From Gnetum montanum (lineage: Eukaryota > Plantae > Gnetophyta), in NCBI GenBank assembly GCA_015680685.1, contig MNCI01001077.1, positions 377,627 through 441,626 on the forward strand: DNA of 64,000 bases, given 5' to 3'. Both the position numbers and the translations under genes were made by a program. Shown piece after piece: positions 40,216-53,900 of the stretch. The first letter of the stretch is position 1. Every line of letters begins with the position of its first letter. A model generated the notes under the pieces. The model ran no database searches, had not been told where the DNA came from, and worked only from the letters and a program-made list of their open reading frames with translations.

Positions 40216-40448
40216 GGTTACGGCGTATAGAGTGTAGCATGTACAAATAGTAGTGTAGATGCTGGGAGACTTATGGATGGAAGTGTTTGAACTGAACAGC
40301 GTAGATGCTGGATAATTTGCAGCTTAGGTTTTACACTAAGCAACGTAAACATTGGGAGGATTTCAGAAGGAAGCTGCGTATGGTCGGCGGCGTAAACGCT
40401 CAGAAGTGTAAATGCTGGAAAGCTTGCAGGTAAGGTTTTAGGCAGAGG

Positions 40449-40465
40449 CCCTCCTTCTAGCGCCA
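40449..40465 (-). promoter_or_regulatory. PBS (tRNA-Asn type)
   Basis: TGGCGCTAGAAGGAGGG. Confidence 0.8.
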
Positions 40466-40470
40466 ATTTT

Positions 40471-41649
40471 TATACCATCTGAAATCGTCGATCTCTAGCT
40501 GGAAGGAAATAGAGGCCGTGGGATCACAGGATGCGCACAGAAGACCCTACCTTCGCCTGAGGATGAGCCGGAATGAACAAAGGTAGAGTACATTGGGTGG
40601 TCCGCACGTGGATCAGACAAGGATTTCCCCAAACGTACACCAAAGTTCTATATTCTGGGTTATATGTAAATGGCGTAACAGGCGTAAATCAAAGTGTTAA
40701 TAGTGTAACCGATGCAAACAGAGCGTAACGTAAACAAGAAAAAATAGAATACATGCAACAATTAATGCAAACTGTAAATGATTCTGGGAAGAAACTGTAA
40801 CAATGAAATTATAGAATGAAAGCACAATGCACCGGTCTAACGTAGTTGTGACTGAAACATAAGGCGGATGAAAAGCCCCAGTGGATGTAAGGATGATTGT
40901 GGCTGGTTCACACTATAGGCACAACGTAGAGGCTGTATTCTCAACGTACAGGGTTGTCCATCATAAAAGGTTTTGTGCTCTGGTTCATAGCGCTCTACTC
41001 TCTAGTGTGCTCTTGGAATTTTTGCCAATCGACCTGGGACTAGTGCAAAAATTGAGCTTTTATACAGGGTTTTGACGGTGGACTCGGGTTGGGAGACACG
41101 TGGCGTGTTGACTGGGTGCAAGAGCGTAAAATTTATAAGTGTACAATATGTTACATTTGCTAGGCGTATACGTTGAGCGTATATGCTATATCAAGTGAGC
41201 GTAGACTCTGGGCGTATATGCTGGAGCTGCTGGGCATATGCGAATTTGGGCGTAGATGTCGTGGACGCTGGCGTATACGCTGGGCGTATATGCTGATGGT
41301 TGCTGGCATGTACCAAGTCTTGTTCTACAGTGCTGTCTCCATGCCATCTCTAGGGATTTTATTGTTGGGCGTATGCATCTGTTGTATGTTGCTGGGCGTA
41401 CATGTGAGGCATGTACGTTGGACGTCTACACTGGGCACATACGCTGTGAACTTGAGCGTAGATGCTAGGCGTATACGCTGAGAATGTACACTTGGGCGTA
41501 TACGCTGAGACTGCATACTTAGTGAAAATTAAGCATCTGATCTCCGAAGTTGCCATGTGTGACACCAAATGTAACTATGGTTGTCTGTGGGTCCCAGGGA
41601 CTTGTTTGGTGTTGGACAAGTACTAAGCTCCAGATTTTGTGGTGTTTTA
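40471..41649 (-). repeat. 5' LTR of element 2
   Basis: TAAAACACCAC...GGTATA (mutated TG/CA termini); aligns to 27217-28408. Confidence 0.9.
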
Positions 41650-41751
41650 GGTATTAGTACCCAACATAGTGCACATCTTTAGAAAAAATACAATGACGAT
41701 GCCATGACAGCTAAAACAACAATAAGATAGGGAAGGTGAAAAACAACTTAC

Positions 41752-41870
41752 TAGGCAAGTGGAGTAGCCTCCTGAGTTTCAACCCATGCCTTCAAAATTC
41801 TCCGCAAGCTTTCTTGTACTTCATCAATCCTAGCCAACTTGGCATGTTTGCATTTGATCTTCAGTGTCAT
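41752..41870 (-). pseudogene. Exon 1 of accessory gene copy 3
   Basis: MTLKIKCKHAKLARIDEVQESLRRILKAWVETQEATPLA + GTAAG donor; homologous to 11620-11738. Confidence 0.7.
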
Positions 41871-42637
41871 GGTTACGCTTGTATAATCTTCACAAAATCA
41901 TCTACTTATGCTTTCTCTCTGCCTTAGCCTAGCTCAACCTCATGATGTTTATAGTTTACTTTGAGGATGACCCATCTACTTATAAAGTGATGGTGAAATT
42001 TTTCTATTTTCATGTCCGATTAATGCAGAACTTTCCCGAAATGCAGGCATGTTAGTTCCACATGAAGCATAAAGATCGCACCATTAATCTTGTAGATATC
42101 ACATTAATGGTAGTCCAAAAAAACCCTAAACTAACACATAGCTTATCATCTCGTAATTTGGTCACATTAACTATAGTCTGCAAAAAATAAAATAAAACAT
42201 AAATTAGCTATCTCGTCATGCTAGACATGCCATGTTATACCTTTCATCATAGTCTGCGAAAACCTTATGCTTTCACCTAGGAAACCTGGCTCATTTTTTT
42301 CTTACAAGCTATGTATATTATAATGGTTTACTAAGACCTTAAATTGGCAACCTTTTCTGACATGTACCTTTAAAACCTTCTATCATTTCACCATGTTGAC
42401 AAAAATAATGTAACAAGTTCCATTCTTGGTGATTTTGTAGGTCAGTTGGAAAATGGACAAAGCTTTACTTGCACCCGTTGCCCTAATAGGCCCATACGGG
42501 GAAACTTTTAGACATACTAATCTTATAATGATAGGAACTATTGCCCTCTACTATGACATAACCATAGCAGCCTTGGAAGCATCCCTAGACTAGCCAGAAC
42601 ATTTGGCCCAAACCTTACACCTAGAGGCTGGTGATGT

Positions 42638-43761
42638 TGAAACACCCCAAAAAATTCAAAGTCATTCTTGCTTCACCCGGCCTTACAATCTACATAGCAC
42701 CATGATAGTTCTTCGGGAGGAGAATGCTGTCAGTTCAGGCTGGCTAGTTTGGAAAATTTTCTACTTTGGGTATGAACAAGCTCTACGGGTTACATTGCTT
42801 GTCCACCTAAGTAGCTTGCCTAACCAACAACCTACTTAGAAATGGTGCACCGAGTTGGCAACAACATTTTGGATGCATGAAATTTTTCTTTACGTTTTCT
42901 AAGTCATGAAGTCTACTATGCTATGCTACGCCCCCTATGTAGCATAGCAAGCTTTAGAAAGAAACTGTAGAACGAAGTGCCACGCTACGCTATGAGGCAT
43001 AGCGTAGCATGACAATAGCCATATAACCAGTTCCCTCGCTCAACCTTAAGTCCTTCAACAATGTCCTTTATCGTCAAGAAGTGGTGGACCATGTTTGCTG
43101 CTACGCTACGCTAAGCTACATGGTGCAACAAGGCATAGCAATCCTATGGAAAAGACAGAAGGTAGCTCAAATTGTAAAAACAGCAAGTTTACGAGTCCCA
43201 TGGAAGCAAAGTTTGCAAATCGGCAAGGTTTTCGTGACTAAGGCTAGTCACGACTAAGGCCAGTTAGCATTTTCAGCTGGCATTTTATTCCATCCTCCTT
43301 CTACCACCTTGGTAGAATCCCTACACTATCAACCCCCAAGTTCGAGCCCAAGCGTGCAACCTATTTTGCTCGCACATCCTAGTTACTCTCAGGATCTCTG
43401 CACTCCACCACGCTATGCAATCGACTGTATTCACCTTGATAGAGAAAAGTTGTAGCTTCAGAGCTGTACATTTTTCTAACTACATTTTACTTTGTTTCCT
43501 ACTTATTATTGCATTTTGCACTATTTTTCCTGCTTTATTTACTTTCAAACATTACTTTGCATTTTCGTTCCCATTTTCAAAACTATATGTTGGAAAAGGC
43601 TATATAGATGTCAATTAAGTCTCTATCTGATCAACTAGACCGTTTAGGGTGCCCCATATTTGCACCCACCTAGCACGACCCTCCCTTAGGTATGGGGTTG
43701 AAACTGTCTTACCCGATGACCCTTCGGTGTTTTCTAGCCATCGACATTTTCGATCGCTATA
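42638..43761 (+). repeat. 5' LTR of element 4
   Basis: TGAAACACC...CGCTATA followed by PBS; U5 homologous to other LTR ends. Confidence 0.85.
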
Positions 43762-43767
43762 GTTTTC

Positions 43768-43784
43768 TGGTGCTAGAAGGAGGG
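43768..43784 (+). promoter_or_regulatory. PBS (tRNA-Asn type, one mismatch)
   Basis: TGGTGCTAGAAGGAGGG. Confidence 0.78.
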
Positions 43785-43889
43785 CCATTTGGTGCCTTTT
43801 CCACATGTCACGGTAGTTCTATGAGCCTTTTGCATCCTAATATCCATAAGAATAAATGTGATACCCTTTTGTGGTTGTTTACACTTTGT

Positions 43890-44600
43890 GTGGTGTAGAT
43901 CGGTCACCTCGACGGTTCCTTGGGAGCCCTACAAAACACAAAGACTCTAATCACTAGCTAACTAGCTCATCTTATGGTAGTCTTGCATGCATTCCATACC
44001 CCATCTCATGTGGTATAGAGTGGTTCCTTTGATGGTCTCTTAGGGATCCTGCGAGATGCAAAGCCTTCCTGATTGCTAGTTAGCTTGTTCGTCTTATGGT
44101 TGTCTCGCATGCACATTGTACCCCATCTTCCATGGTACAGAGCCGTCACTTTGACGGTCCCTTCGAGATCCTAGGAGACACAAAGCCTTGTTGATCACTA
44201 ATTAGCTTGTCCATCTTATGGTTTTCTTGCATGCACTTTGTACCTCATCTCATGTGGTATAGAGTGGTTGCTTCAACGGTCCCTTGAGGATCCTGCAAGA
44301 TGCAAAGCCTTTTTGATCGCTAGTTAGCTTGCCCATCTTATGGTTGTCTTACATGCACTTTGTACCCCATCTCTCATGGTATATGGAGGTTGCTTCGATG
44401 ATCCCTTAGGGATCCTACAAGATGCAAAGCCTTCTCAGTTTCTAGCTAGCTTTCCCATATTACGGTAGTCTTGCATGCATTCTGCACCCTATCGTGCACT
44501 AGCATAAATGTGACATCCATTTGTGGTTGTTTACGCCTTGTGTGGTGTAGGTCAGTCGCCTTGATGGTTCCTCTAGAATCTGCAAGACGTAAAGCCTTCC
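43890..44600. repeat. ~122-bp tandem repeat (~5.5 copies) in 5' UTR of element 4
   Basis: Units TGGTATAGAGTGGTTGCTTCGACGGTCCCTTGGGATCCTGCAAGATGCAAAGCCTT...ACCCCATCTC near 43890, 44010, 44133, 44255, 44377, 44543. Confidence 0.9.
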
Positions 44601-44683
44601 TTTTTTTTATTTTCCATTTTCCTTGTTCATTCACACTCTTTTGCATAATTTTTTCTCTTTCTTGCATAACTACTTACTTAACA

Positions 44684-47600
44684 ATGGCTTCCACAACTAC
44701 CATTGCTAACACCTTCAATGTGGAGATGCCTGTCATGGTTCAAGGCACCACTGGTGCCGAACAACTACTAAACCCAATGTTGGAAACACGTCGATCCCTC
44801 AAGATCCAAAATCGAGGACCTAAGTGTAATGACGAAAAATTTCGGTCTCTAGAAATACTGAGCGAAGTCCTATGTACATAGTTCCAACCACGAATTCTTG
44901 TGAGGGCCATGTTGGAGAAAACAAATCCAAGGTGCCATGAACGGTCTTGTTGATCAGATAGGAACTTACTTAATCAACAAATTTTGTAATAATTGGATCA
45001 CGAGATGACAATTTTGAGCATCCAACAAGGATGACACCTTTCAAGAAGGACCGAAGGAGCTCGATTCCCAATCTGACGAGGTTGATCAATTCAACCCCAT
45101 TCCTGTCCCTCCTACCTGGTCCTTCTGGGCCAACCCACTGTCTATCACCGCTCCCTTTGTCATCACCCCTACGCTATAGCAGCCTACGACCATAACTACA
45201 ATGGGTAGCCATGCCACATACTTGGCGTATCATCACACTTATTCCCTAATTGCACTCATAGCAACTATGCCACCGCAAACTATTTATCAGCACATCCCTA
45301 TAGTGTGCAACATGCCTATCACGGCTACCCTACTACATGTCCATTCTATACATATTCTGCAACTGCACATAACTACTATGCTAGTTCCTATGTATGCATC
45401 TATTCCACACACTGTGGCGGTCCCAGGCCCGTCCACATGATGGACCCCGTTCGCCTCTTCGTCTATTCTACAACGATCGCAGATGTCTCACTACATTCAC
45501 CCTCAGACCTACCCAACCCTACAAATGGTACATCCTGGCATGAGGCCATGGTCTATCCCATTAGCAACCCAAACATTATATCCGGCGACTCAACCCGCTA
45601 TCACCTCTCTGACAATACCACCCACTAGTTGGTGGATAATGCAAGGAGCACCTTTAGCAGGGGCGGTCCCAATAGCATCATCGATAGGTTGACCTGCCAC
45701 TGCCACCATGCCGCATGTGGGAGTTTCCTATGCAATCCCTCAGCCATCTACAACATTGTCAGGTCTGGACCAAGCGTTTTAGCTCATCTAGACCCTAACT
45801 AAGGAAGTAAAACACCTCAAAGCTGTTGGGTCTGATATGGTACAAGTCATGGACTTTTATCAGGATGACCCTGTCAACCCTGTAATCCCTACTTTGATAT
45901 TACCATTTGGGATGTCTCTCCTGCACTTCATGAAGTATGACAGGGAAGGGAATCCCAATACACATCTCGTCACTTTCTAGTCGGAGTCTTTCCTATTGCA
46001 AAAATGGCCACATACAATCATTTGCTTCTTCATCATGTTCCTAGTTGGGAAAGCCCTAGATTGGTACCATGCATTGCCACATTCATCCATTTCAACTTTG
46101 GAAGAACTCTTGACCCAGTTTGTGACACAATTCAAATACAACTTGAAGCTAGAAACCACATTGGATCAGTTTATGAGCATGAAACAAGACCCACTAGAAC
46201 CAGTCAAAAAATTCATTCAACATTGGAGCACGACCCTTAATGAAATCCGTGAGCCCATCGTGGAGGCTCACTTATTAGCCATCTTTAACGGTGCAGTGAA
46301 TTACTTTATCAAGTCCAAATTGTATTATCTCGCTCCACGCTCTCTTAGCCAAGCTTTCGCTTAGACTAAAAGCATACAATACGTGGCTGATGGAAGCAAA
46401 GACCCTGTCTACACCACTTACAAGAACAACTTTGCAAAAAGGGATAAGTGTAAGGCCCCAACATCCACAGTGGTTGTTGTGGCAACCAAGGCTAAGCCCA
46501 AATCAAGCAACAGCGGAAGCAAGAATAATAAGAAACTAGCCATACCTACAGCTAACTCTGCGGCCAATTTGGGCCAAGCACCACAACCTACCACACATGC
46601 ACCCGAGGCATCTGCATATACTAAACCCAACTTTGAGCACAAAGATCATTCAAAATACATCCCACTGCCTCTCAAACCTTTAGAACTACTGAAGCAACTG
46701 TTGGCAATGGGATACATCCAACACAAGCAGATGTCAGAGGAAGAAAACTTGAGACATCAACGCTACTACGAGCTTCTTAGGAATCCCTCTTTGGCCCTAC
46801 CCAATCAGCCTCCAGTTCCTAGGGGTTTTAGGCTAGATAGGTTTTGTGACTACCACCAACTATGTGGTCACATCACAGATTATTTTCTATCATTGCAGGA
46901 TGACATCCAAAGATTAATTAACCTAGGAAAGCTGGTGCTGGATGAAAGAAACCTAGTATGCCCTAAAAATCAATCTATGTATGTCTAGAAAAATTCCCTC
47001 AATGCTAATAACATCGGTTACATAATCATTGACATCAATATTGACAATGATCCTAGGCCACCCTTCTAGTCATTTTTGATTCGTGTGCCTCAGCGTAGTG
47101 CACCAATACCACCAGTGGTTGGTCCAACCTCGTACCCACCCTTCATCCTGAAATTCCCAGCACAGGCATCTACCTATGCACCACCTATTGGCAAGGTCAT
47201 ACAACCCTGTCAATTAACACCTCTAGCTCCATTCATCATCAGGGGACCAACATCTTCAACAATCCCCATCCCATGCAATGACATTAAATAGCCTCCTCGC
47301 TCCACAAGGAGAGAAGCCCACTTGGTGGGTAAGATGTCAAAGGTATCTCTAAGCCTACGCATTCATCCCTCATATTTACACCTTCATCACCAAAGATGAA
47401 GGTCAACACGATTACACAGCCTGCATTACCTTGCCAACAAGGATCTGAACCTAGGTCCGATATCATCTTTCCTCAAGAGATTCGTCTTCTAGGATGAATC
47501 GAAGAGGAGGGAAGTGTCAAACAGGTAGGCGGCCAAGATTTCTTGGACGCCCTCACCTAGATCAAGCAAGCCCTAAAGCAGAAAAATACTACATTGTGCT

Positions 47601-48454
47601 TGTACGACCTAGTCATGACATCTGTATCTCATCGAGAGGCTCTAGTCTGCATGTTAACAGCGATTCCAGTCAACGAGAACATGCCAGCGGAAGATGGAGC
47701 GATCCACTCGGTAATGCTTCCCTCTGTACCCATAGAGTCTGCAACACCTCAATTAATTTTTTGTAATGACACCATTAGGAAAAATCCCAAAGGGGGTCAA
47801 GTGACTACAACACCTCTCTTTACCACAATTCGGGTTGGCCAACACCAGATCTGAATGGTACACATTGATGATGGGGCTACCATGAAGTTCATTCCCTTCC
47901 CTATAGTGGACAAGTTGCGATTGGTCATCCAGATCAAACCAACAATGACATCATGTCTAAGGTCATTCAACGGGGCATACATCTTGGCGAAGGGCATGGT
48001 TCACATAAACTTCGTAGTAGGGGACCAGTTCCCCATAGATGCAACATTCATCGTAGTCGAAGAAATGCCTGGGTTTAACTTGATCTTGGGGAGATCATGG
48101 TTAGTGCAACTCAAGGCTGTCTCCTCACCTATACACCAGGAAATCCACTTATCATATGTAGGTACAGAGGTGGTAATCCGTGGTGACGAAGTGGCAATGC
48201 AAGAAATCAATAATGTAGGCATGGAATAGGGTTCAGAAGTTACAACCTCTGAGGATGAAGTGCCTATTCATGCATACATTAATCATGCAGCAGGAGGATC
48301 GGTCCAGTGAACCGACCCTCAAATCGAAAACTCATGGGTTGAGTTGCCCTTCCAAAAGATGGACAATGATATGAACAGGGGCCCTGGTGAAACATCTCAA
48401 CCTTATGTTCTGATCAACCCACGATGGGTCAAGAAGCAATTGCACATAGCGTAG
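44684..48454 (+). pseudogene. gag-protease of element 4
   Basis: GKALDWYHALPHSSISTLEELLTQFVTQFKYNL, FCDYHQLCGHITDY, VHIDDGATMKFIP, FNLILGRSWL; stop at 48452. Confidence 0.9.
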
Positions 48455-49057
48455 TGGCCCTATGGCTTCTCACTTGATCACTATCCTTGTACATTTATCG
48501 TTTCCTTGCCTTCTTAGTATGTTAACCGTTCGGCATGCTACGTAATGGCCCAGAATGACCTAAAACTAGCATTGTTGCCTTATGGCTTTGTTAACAACCT
48601 ACCTCTTTTGGCATTGACCTGAAATGTCCTAAATCTAGAACTATCACTTGTCACTTTAATTTTTCATGTAATTGCCTAAAATGGCCAAAAATTAGCAATG
48701 GCCCGAGATGGCCTAAAACTAGCATATAAAAGCATGAAAACTCTACATAGTACACAAGTTAATACAAAATCAATTTCCTTTCTGAATTTTTTCATTTCAT
48801 TCAAAATTTTCACCTATTGGAAATGTTGCAAAATTTTTGAAAAAAAAAGATGGAAAATCCCATGTTGTCATGGGTTTTTTGCAACGCCTTCACCATTTGC
48901 CTCTGCTTCATCTACTTGTGGATCACCCGCTTCTGCATTACCCTCTATCGATCCTACATTCCCTCTCCCCGCAGGGCTCACACCCTTATCTGGAGCCTGC
49001 ACCACAAGAATGAAGTAGTTAGCTATGACAAAAAACATGGTAGATGCAAGCTACAAC

Positions 49058-50997
49058 TGAAACACCACAAAATTCAGAGCTTAGCACTTCTCCAACAAGA
49101 ATCAAGCTAAGTCATGATGCTCCCTAGCATGACTGAAGTTTGAGGACCTCATAGGTAGCTTCAAACAGAGTCAAAATAAGCAAGAAATGGTTCACTGTAA
49201 TCCAAAAAAGATACAATAAAATCTAGCATCAAACTTGGCAGCTCTTGAGCTCAAAATACTTGGTCTTCACTAAGTATGCATACTGTACGTTGGCCTATAC
49301 ATGCCCACCGTACAGCCCAGCGTACAGAAAATTTTGGACCCCAAAATGGGTCAAAACATGCCATAATTAAGTGTCTGGATCCTAGAAGACCTTCCCCAAG
49401 GTCCCTAACAACTCTCAGGCACTTGAAAATCAAATTTTGGGCTCCAAATGATGGTCTTTCATTCCTGTACGCCCAGCGTGTAGCCAGCGTATAACAAGTT
49501 TTGGGCCCCAAAAATGAGTCAAAACATGCCATAATTGAGCATTTGGACCCCCTATGATGTTCCCCAAGGTTCCCAATAGCTCTTAGGTACTTAAAAATCA
49601 AAGTTTGGGCTCCAAATATTGGTCTTTTATTCCTGTATGCCGAGCGTATATGCCTAGCGTGGAGCCAGCGTAGAGCAAATTTTGGGCAAAAGAAATGAGT
49701 TAAAACATGCCAAAATTGAGTGTTTGGACCCCTCCAAGACCTTCCCCAAGGTCTCCAGTAGCTCTCAAACACTTGAAAATCAAATTTTGGGCTCCAAATA
49801 ATGGTCTTTCATTCCTATACGCCCAGCCTATACGCCCAGCATGTAGCCAGCGTAGAGCAAATTTTAGGCCCCAAAAATGAGTTAAAACATGCTAGAATTG
49901 AGTGTTTGGACCCCACAAGACCTTCCCCAATGTCCCCAATAGCTCTCAGGCACTTGAAAATCAAATTTTGGGCTCCAAATTATGCTCTTGCATTCCTGTA
50001 CGCCTAGACTATACACCTAGCATGCAACCAGCGTAGAGCAACTTTTGGGCCCAAAAAATGAGTCAAAAAATGCTAGAATTGAGTGCTTGGACAACCCAGG
50101 ACCTTCAACAGGGTTCCCAGTAGCTCTCAGGCATCCAAAAGTTAATTGTTTACCTTAAAATGAAGCATTTTCATGTGTGTACGCTGGGTACATTTCCCAT
50201 GTACGCTGGCATGCTGTACGCTAGCATCCATGTAAGCCGGCATCCTATACGCTGGCATCCTGTACACTGGCATCCATGTACGCTGACATGTTATACACTA
50301 GCATGCTATATGTTGGAATCTTGTAGGCTGGCATCCATGTACACTGGCATCCATGTCATCTGACCCAAAATCCTCTCACCCACGACCAGTCATACCCTTC
50401 CAGATCCAAATCCAACGCCCAAAAACCTGATAAAAACCCCAATTTTTCACTAGACCAAGGGGGAAATTTTGGGGAAACTGGGGGAGAAAAAAATAGAGAT
50501 GCTGAAAAAATTAGAGAAAAAAATCGTATATGCTAGACTTTGACCCTGCACGCTGAGCATACAGCCTTCACGTTGTGCCTGCAGTCCAAACCAGTATACC
50601 CTCTTCCCTCCGCATCACCAGGGCTCTTCATCCACCTTATGTTAGACCCACAACTGCGTCTAGATCGGTGCATTGTAATTTTTATTACGCAATACTATTG
50701 CTGCATTTTTGGACAAGATTTGTTATATTGTTCATTCTTGTGTGCTTACTATTTACATTCTTGTACGTTTATGCTCAGTTTTACATCTGCTACACCATTT
50801 ACATATAACCCAGAGTACAATATATCGGTGTACGTTTGGGGAAATCCTTGCCTGATCTGCGTGTGGACCATTCAAGGTACTCTACCTTCGTTAATTCTAG
50901 CTTGGCCTCAAGTGAAGGTAGGGTCTTTTGTGTGTGTCTAGATATCTCCAGGTTTCTGTTTCATTCCAGCCGGAGGTCGACAATTTTGGACGGTACA
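49058..50997 (+). mobile_element. Solo LTR, family A-related
   Basis: TGAAACACCAC...GGTACA, perfect TSD ACAAC (49053-49057 / 50998-51002); closest to 19830-21365. Confidence 0.93.
49330..50135. repeat. ~180-bp tandem repeat (~4.5 copies) inside solo LTR
   Basis: Units TTTTGGGCCCCAAAAATGAGTCAAAACATGC...CACTTGAAAATCAAATTTTGGGCTCCAAAT...CCAGCGTAGAGCAA starting ~49332, 49499, 49680, 49862, 50044. Confidence 0.92.
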
Positions 50998-53900
50998 ACA
51001 ACATACCATGAAAGTGACTAACTTGAGAGGAGCCTACGCCAGTCTCAAGGGGTATCTAGTCTAGAACAAGCTTGAGGTGATGCCAAATCTCCTCTATTGA
51101 AATATCCATCCAACGGCCATCGCTGGGTTCAACATTTGCTACAACAACCTTCTCCCATTCCATTTTCGTCCATTGTAGAGGTTCCATGGAAAGGGAAGTA
51201 GTTGTGGCCTCTCCCGTAGGAAGGTTCACCCTCAAGTCAGAAGATTCTGTGACCTTCACCCACTCTTTAAACTTAGCATAGGCCTCAGAAGTGCCGATCA
51301 CCTTCATGAATGATTCATACATGAATGCCTCCATAGCAACGTCTCTGAATAGTTTTTGATGGGTCTCATTCTCCAACTTGTACATATGTTTATGGTTTCT
51401 CTGGGTTTTCCCCCATCCAAATATCTTAGCACTGATGTCTTTCATGTCTTGGCACTTCTAGGCCAACAAGCCCATCTACCTTTGTTGTTCGACTATCTCA
51501 CAGGTGGATTCAATGTTCTAATGAATGATGATCCAAAACCTAACATAGTCATCTATAGCCCTCTACCAATCGACTGGGTCAAGGTTGCGGTTTATAAGAA
51601 AAACGTTCCTCAACCTAAGATTCTCCACCTCGGTAGCCAAGTCGACCTCTCTCTGCTCAGGCATGCCTAAATTCCCACAGAGAGCATTTCGAGTTCAAGA
51701 CACACTTATAAGCCTCATTAAACATATGACAAGATACCTCAGTCACATCAGGCGAGAGTGTGGGCACTGCGCCAACCTTCATAGGTTGTGCTAGGTCCCA
51801 CTTAAGATGAGAGGCTATTTAACACATGGATCATAGTAATCACATTAGCATAGCATAATCAACAAACTTGAAAGCTTCAATGTAGCAACATAAGGGCAGT
51901 TAACATTGATACTTACCCGCATGAGGGTCCACTTGTTGAAGGCGCTTGATCATATCGTCAACAAGTCCCTGCATGAACGTAAACTTGTCATGGACATTGT
52001 CCCACAACTCTATATGAAGCGAAGGAGATCCCGCAGTGTCAGCAGTGACACTTGGTACACGATTAAGTATGTTAGCAATAACCAAAACGAACTATGATGA
52101 GGTAGATGTCTCACAAACTCACTGGTGCCTGACTGCGGTCTTTCTTCTTATTGAGGCAAGATGACCATGGTAGCCATGGTAAAGGGCCCTTGCAAATCCA
52201 TGTAAGTCCCTTCCTCATGTGCTGATGCCTTTCCTTTAATAACACTAATATCTTTTTTATTTTTGGAGGGAACCTCTTCATTGTTAGGAAAAGACTGCCT
52301 AATAACAAGAGCCCCTGCCCTAGAAACAGAAGCTTTATTATTCCTAACCTATGCCCTTTCCTTCGAAACTTAGGCCTCTACATCTTTATTCATCACCACC
52401 GTACTAAGGGTTGGCACTTCTTCATCACCTTCTCCTTCATCTTCTTCTTCCTCTGCTAAGCAAAAAAGGCATGTTTGTGTCAATTCAAAACAAGCTAGTT
52501 CAAAATAGATGCTACGCTACACTGCACAACATAGCATAGCAAACTATAATAAAATAAGCATTATACAAAAATTCTTACCAATGGGGGGTTGCATCCATTG
52601 TAGCTTAAGCCATAGTCTCTGCCCCTCTTCTTCACGATAGCTTTCCCTGGCTGGGGGAGGTCTCTTCCTTCGCAGCTCCCTGGGCATAGTCTCAACTATG
52701 AGACGTTCACCCAATATCATGCTATGAGCTATAACATGGGGCATCTCTCCTATACTGTCCTGGCCGCGAGCGCTGCGAACTGCTAGACATTTAGTCATTA
52801 TAGAAAATGACTCCCTGACCATTTCAAAGGATCCTGGGCTTGCATAGTTTGGAGGACCTGCCAAATCCATGACTTGGGAATCTGGTCGTGGTCTACCATG
52901 GACCAGAATCCATCCTCCTGGACCACTAGGAACTCCATGAATCACTTTAAACAGCATATGTAGAAGGCATAGTGTATGTTAGAGTGGGACTCTAACATAG
53001 GAATTCAGCGTAGTTGTAATGGGCCTCCTCCTCCATGACTTCCCGCATTACCTAGGCCTGCTCAAGCCCTAGGAAATTTCCTTTGATGAGCAGTTAAGGA
53101 AATGCATGGGCACGAAAGACCAGGTATATCCCCATGCCAAGGCCATTCTTAAGCTTTCAATGGGGAACCCTTTTCACTCCTTGGAGAGCCTCAGCCACTC
53201 CTCAATATGCTGCTTCTATAGGATCAAGTCCTATTTTCCCTTCGATACTACATGGGTGTCATCGGTAGGAACACCTAACAGATCCGCAAACAGTTGGTCA
53301 TTGATGTCAATGACCACCCGCATGCCCTGCACGTACGTGTGAAAATGGCCAACCTTCCTAGAGAAGGAGTTGACTAGGGAAAGCATCTCACCAGAAGAGA
53401 CTCGTAGGTTCGATGCCATAAATAGATCCATAAGCCTTGTCCTTCAGACTTTCATGAGCAAAGAGTCTAGGGCCCCTCATTCTAACTAGCTTTGGCTCAT
53501 CACTACTTCACCATATTTGAAGTAGATGTTTGCTCCCTACCTCTTGGCTGTTACCACCATCACCTCACGAGGCTTCTTCGCCATTGCAAAAATTTTCACA
53601 AAACACACTTATCCTAACAATGCAGAAAAAAAAAGATTACAAAAAGAACTAAGCATGTGGCACCTACCTTTTGACCCACTAGGTCTATACAATAATGGGA
53701 ATAGTGGGAGTTCAACTGCTAGAACTGCTTCAAGCATGACCTATTTGAAAGGTTCTTTCCACTCCTTGTCCAACCAACCCTTCATCCTACACCAATTATA
53801 GAATGGTGTGAGTGTGCATAGGTAAGTATGGTATTCTTCCTTGCACTAACCAATCACGTCCACCCATAGGCTCTTGGAGAGGAAAATTCCTGTAGGGCTA

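Larger units (their letters stand above)
27217..41649 (-). mobile_element. Family-A element 2, two LTRs, gag deleted
   Basis: LTRs 27217-28408 and 40471-41649, TSD AGTAT/GGTAT (4/5), PBS 40449-40465; flanks rejoin to match 11490-11540. Confidence 0.92.
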
